The notes under the pieces: generated by a model
Told to the model about the DNA's origin: nothing
Seen by the model: only the letters and a program-made list of their open reading frames with translations
The model's database searches: none
Position numbers and translations under genes: made by a program
Source of the DNA: an uncultured archaeon
Lineage (GTDB): Archaea; Thermoplasmatota; Thermoplasmata; Thermoplasmatales; Thermoplasmataceae
Length of the DNA: 64,000 nt
Assembly (NCBI GenBank): GCA_000965745.1
Contig: CP009479.1
Location: forward strand, 800,001 to 864,000
Direction of reading: 5' to 3'
Shown here: piece by piece, positions 60,360 through 64,000 of the stretch
Layout: each line of letters starts with the position of its first letter
How positions within the stretch are numbered: the first letter of the stretch is position 1

Positions 60360-61211
60360 TTGAGTTCTGCCTCTGACGAATTGTATGAAAAATTCCAGTC
60401 GTATCTGACAGGCGAAAGGAAGAGCAGGTACACTGTCAGGCAGTACTCCTACATGGCAAAGGGATTCCTGTCTTTCCTGAACAAGCCTCTCGCCGCAGTC
60501 GATGAGGATGACATAGATGAATACAAGAACCACCTCGTTTCAGTAAAGAACTATTCCAAGGCCAGCCAGCACCTGGCCATAAATGCCGTGAAGCTCCTTC
60601 TCAAGTCGAACAGAATAAACCCGCCTATGAACCTGACAGCTCCAAGAAGGTCAAGAAAAATGCCGGTTTATCTCTCCCAGAGGGAAGCTTCAGCACTTCT
60701 CGAACATTCAAGCGTAGACCATAGAATAAATGCCATCATAAACACTCTTATTTACACGGGCATAAGGGTCGGCGAACTTTGTGCTCTCGATCTTGACGAC
60801 ATTGATCTGGACGAGAATATAGTTCGCATCAGGAGCGGGAAGGGGGACAAGGGACGAATAGTAGTGATTCCAGACGAATGCAAAGCATCTCTTGAAAAAC
60901 ATCTCGAGTACAGGAGACGACTACGCCCTGCAACTAAAGCATTATTTGTGAGCAACAAGAGATCGAGATATGACACATCATCAATAGAAAGAATAGTGAG
61001 GGAACTTTCCCGGACAGCTGGAATAAAGAAGAAAGTGACACCTCACGTTCTTAGGCACACATTCGCAACAACCGTTATGAGAAATGGCGGTGATATACGT
61101 TTCATACAGGAGCTTCTGGGTCATGCAAGCGTTGCAACCACCCAGATTTACACCCACATAGATGAAAACACACTCAAAGAGATGTATAACAGGCACAGAC
61201 CGAGATTCTAG
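60360..61211 (+). CDS. xerA: Tyrosine recombinase XerA
   Basis: TGIRVGE (R), GKGDK (K), HVLRH, LGH, TQIYTH (Y); 283 aa in core-gene context. Confidence 0.88.
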   Translation: MSSASDELYEKFQSYLTGERKSRYTVRQYSYMAKGFLSFLNKPLAAVDEDDIDEYKNHLVSVKNYSKASQHLAINAVKLLLKSNRINPPMNLTAPRRSRKMPVYLSQREASALLEHSSVDHRINAIINTLIYTGIRVGELCALDLDDIDLDENIVRIRSGKGDKGRIVVIPDECKASLEKHLEYRRRLRPATKALFVSNKRSRYDTSSIERIVRELSRTAGIKKKVTPHVLRHTFATTVMRNGGDIRFIQELLGHASVATTQIYTHIDENTLKEMYNRHRPRF

Positions 61212-62293
61212 TTCTGCCTCTGGATTATATAGTCAGCAAACCATTCAAGAAATCCTTTGATTTCAGAATTTCCGTCCATCTTCCTCACATAGTCCTTGCT
61301 TCTTGAAACGAGTTTTCTCATCACGTCCCTGGAATAATCAAGAGACCCGGTCGATTTCACCAGTTCCTGGAGCCTTCTGAAATCGTTGTCAGAAACGTTC
61401 CCGGATGCAAGGCATTTTCTGATGAACTCCCTTTCACTGTCTCCCGACCTCTCCATAGCCTTGATCATGAGAAGGGTCTTCTTTCCCTCGTTAACATCGC
61501 CCTTTATCGATTTGCCAGTCTGCTTCTCTTCACCGAAGAGCCCAAGTATGTCATCATGAAGCTGAAAGGCAACACCGAGGAGGTAGCCGTAGTGGCTGAG
61601 ATAGGAGAAGTCCTTCTTAGTCCCGCTTAGCAATGCACCAAGGACAAGCGGACCCTCAATCGTGTACTTGGCGGTCTTCCAGAGGTGAAGGCGCATCAGG
61701 TCGTTCTGGACGAAGGAATCATGGATGGAGGAGTAAACGTCCAGGAGCTGGCCGTATCCTGTAGTCTCTATTATTCTGGACAACTCGACACTGGCCTTGA
61801 GGGTTTCCTCGCTCCCGAAACCCGCATCAAAAAGCGCCTGGTGGGAATAGCTGTCTGCAAGGTCTCCTGCAACAATTGCGAGGTTCTCAGACAATCTTTG
61901 AGCATCATCATGTGTAAGGTTCAGCCTGTTTCTTATATCCACATGGAAGCTTGGCATTCCTCTCCTCAAATCGCTCTGGTCCATGATATCGTCGTGTATA
62001 AGGAGATAGGTCTGAGTCAACTCCATAGAAATGGACGCTTTGACTATCTTGTCGTTCTCATCTGCAAACAGGTTATGGCCAAGTACCATAAGTATGGGCC
62101 TCAGCCTTTTGCCGCCTCTCAGGGTGAAATCCCTTATGGTTTCCACAACGGTGGAGGTAAGGGAATCCCAGTTGCTGGACATCTTATTCCTGAAGAAATC
62201 CTCAAGCTGAAGATCGATCTTCTCCTTTGTTCTTAACATGAAGGTTTTGTAGTCTTCCACTTGGATCACTGACTTATGATAGGTGCGTAACAT
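61208..62293 (-). CDS. idsA: Polyprenyl diphosphate synthase (GGPP synthase-like)
   Basis: GGKRLRP, LIHDDIMD....RRG, GQLLD, KTA.Y, FQL.DD. Confidence 0.88.
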   Translation of the reverse strand: MLRTYHKSVIQVEDYKTFMLRTKEKIDLQLEDFFRNKMSSNWDSLTSTVVETIRDFTLRGGKRLRPILMVLGHNLFADENDKIVKASISMELTQTYLLIHDDIMDQSDLRRGMPSFHVDIRNRLNLTHDDAQRLSENLAIVAGDLADSYSHQALFDAGFGSEETLKASVELSRIIETTGYGQLLDVYSSIHDSFVQNDLMRLHLWKTAKYTIEGPLVLGALLSGTKKDFSYLSHYGYLLGVAFQLHDDILGLFGEEKQTGKSIKGDVNEGKKTLLMIKAMERSGDSEREFIRKCLASGNVSDNDFRRLQELVKSTGSLDYSRDVMRKLVSRSKDYVRKMDGNSEIKGFLEWFADYIIQRQN

Positions 62294-62359
62294 GCCTATA
62301 TATATTAAGATTCTTTGTAATACGGATTAGTGCCAGCACGGCATGAAGCAAGTGTTTTT

Positions 62360-63010
62360 ATGACATCACAACCAGGCAGGAAAAGTGTGGCCTGCGGGAT
62401 AGACGAGGCCGGACGCGGCCCTGTATTAGGGCCTATGGTGATATCTCTGGTCTGTGCTGATGCGGATGTACTGCGGGAACTCAGGGTGCGGGATTCCAAG
62501 ACGCTGTCAAGGAGCAGAAGGGAAACACTTTACACCAGAATCCTAAGCGTGGCGAACAGGGTTGAGCACACAATCATCTCAGTTGAGGAGATAAATGACC
62601 TGATGAATGAGAAGACACTCAACGAAATAGAGCTGCAATTTGCCGTAAAGCTCGCTGGACTAGCGGATGGTGAGATAGTTGTCGACTGCTTTGATGTCAA
62701 TGAGAACAGGGCATCAGAAAGAATGTCGCGCGAATCCGGGAAAACAGTAAGGTGCATCCACAAAGCTGACAGGGATTACCCTGCAGTTTCAGCAGCCTCC
62801 ATAGTTTCAAAGGTGATCAGGGACAGGGAGATTGACAGGATCAAGGAAAAGTATGGAGAGATCGGCTCCGGCTACCCGGCCGATCCTGTTACAAGGGATT
62901 TCATAGAGAGGGCAATGACCCAAGGGCTCGACATAAGCCAGATAATAAGGACCCACTGGGACACAGTAAGGCAGATCCGGGAAAAAGTCCGAACCTCAAA
63001 ACTGTACTGA
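62360..63010 (+). CDS. rnhB: Ribonuclease HII
   Basis: GIDEAGRGP, DSK, HKAD, SAASI..KV.RD, GSGYP.D. Confidence 0.95.
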   Translation: MTSQPGRKSVACGIDEAGRGPVLGPMVISLVCADADVLRELRVRDSKTLSRSRRETLYTRILSVANRVEHTIISVEEINDLMNEKTLNEIELQFAVKLAGLADGEIVVDCFDVNENRASERMSRESGKTVRCIHKADRDYPAVSAASIVSKVIRDREIDRIKEKYGEIGSGYPADPVTRDFIERAMTQGLDISQIIRTHWDTVRQIREKVRTSKLY

Positions 63011-63112
63011 CTGTTTGATCAACATTAGCTTAGTACTATAGTTAAAATTAAAATATGGCGTACGACTGCGAGAAATGTGCCAAGCAATTTCCAACCTACA
63101 GATAAAGATGAA

Positions 63113-63775
63113 ATGGCAGATGACTACAATGAAAGGGGCATTTCATATTTCAACCTGAAAAAGTACCCTGAAGCTATCGAGCAGTTCACAAAAGCCATAA
63201 AGGTAGTTAACAACGAACCTGACTATTATTTCAACAGGGGACTGGCCTATTATTCCATGAAGATACTTGACCAGGCGATCAAGGACTACCAGAAATCCGT
63301 CGAGATATATCCCGATCACGCAGATTATTACAATGCACTAGGAGCTGCACTGGAGGATGCCGGAAGGCTCGAAGAGGCACTGGAGCAGTTCAACAAGGCC
63401 ATAAAGCTTGAGGGAGATGTTCCCGATTACTACTACAACAGGGGAAACCTCTACTGGAAAATGGACAATATGGAAGACGCCCTCAAGGATTTCAACAAGT
63501 GTGTCAGGCTGAACTCAACCGACCAGATATTCATATACAGAAGGCACGAGCTGCTTGTTGCAATGGAAAGGTATGATCAGGCGCTTGCAGACCTGGATGA
63601 GGCTCTGAAACTGGTTCCTGAGAATTACAATTACTATATTGCAAAATCTGAAATTTATGAAAAAATGGCCAAGTACAAGGACGCGGTAAGAGAGATAGAG
63701 GAAGCCCAGAAGTTCCTGCCTGAGCCTGAGGCCCTGTCTCCAAAAAAGGCTGAGCTTGAAGAAAAAATGGAGTAA
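63113..63775 (+). CDS. TPR repeat protein
   Basis: About six 34-aa repeats (Y.NRG..Y, A...F.KAI). Confidence 0.9.
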   Translation: MADDYNERGISYFNLKKYPEAIEQFTKAIKVVNNEPDYYFNRGLAYYSMKILDQAIKDYQKSVEIYPDHADYYNALGAALEDAGRLEEALEQFNKAIKLEGDVPDYYYNRGNLYWKMDNMEDALKDFNKCVRLNSTDQIFIYRRHELLVAMERYDQALADLDEALKLVPENYNYYIAKSEIYEKMAKYKDAVREIEEAQKFLPEPEALSPKKAELEEKME

Positions 63776-63800
63776 TGCCTGCAGGCATTCCCATCGGTCT

Positions 63801-63998
63801 CTAATTTTTCCAATCTAGTAATACTGAAGTCCTGCTGTCATAAAGAAGAGGGGTAACCTTGCCCTCAATCACGAAATTCTTTGCGTCCGCAGTTTCAGAA
63901 ATTTCCCTGATCTCAGGATACTTTGAGATCATCACCCACAATTTGTCCGGGATCGTAACCATTATCTGGTTGCCCTTAAGTATGTGGGGAATCTCGAC
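63801..63998 (-). CDS. 3' end of a CDS running off the window (unknown product)
   Basis: Open frame VEIPHILKGNQIMVT...TSVLLDWKN* ending at TAG 63803-63801. Confidence 0.55.
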   Translation of the reverse strand, partial: VEIPHILKGNQIMVTIPDKLWVMISKYPEIREISETADAKNFVIEGKVTPLLYDSRTSVLLDWKN

Positions 63999-64000
63999 TT

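Noticed and set aside
60360-61211. Tyrosine recombinase as the integrase of a provirus or island
   Set aside because: Size, motifs and core-gene neighbours fit housekeeping XerA; there is no tRNA att site or viral gene nearby.
1-64000. CRISPR array, tRNA or rRNA genes
   Set aside because: No regularly spaced repeats or cloverleaf/rRNA signatures were recognised by eye; tRNAscan-SE and a CRISPR finder would confirm.

Overview
Mostly core chromosome of an archaeon. Thermopsin, the Hjc form, the GINS and the operon layout point to Thermoplasmatales (inference). It holds about 70 CDS, including rps19e-PDCD5-rpl39e-rpl31e-eIF6, ftsZ-pyrF-sppA, the psmA/SBDS/exosome/rpl37ae/rpoP/pus10/rpl21e/rpoF/DUF655/ksgA superoperon, nreA-tatD-GINS, xerA and rnhB. 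The RNase P RNA gene (47122-47421) and two short genes (rpl39e, rpoP) are missing from the ORF track. The main accessory feature is a 2.9-kb cargo-carrying transposon (55660-58595) built on an IS256/Mutator-like transposase. Its right end occurs twice, and the 8-bp target duplication AGAAAATG flanks the outer copy, so two AT-rich passenger genes moved with it: a secreted two-domain protein and a translationally coupled membrane protein, behind a (TA)8 tract at the TATA position. Other highlights are a B12 mutase with isobutyryl-CoA-mutase rather than methylmalonyl-CoA-mutase residues, three 34-bp-phased boxes upstream of ftsZ, a long structured leader before the exosome genes, and a four-repeat His-motif protein of unknown function. 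No CRISPR array, tRNA or rRNA was recognised. Product calls come from motif recognition only; no database search was run.
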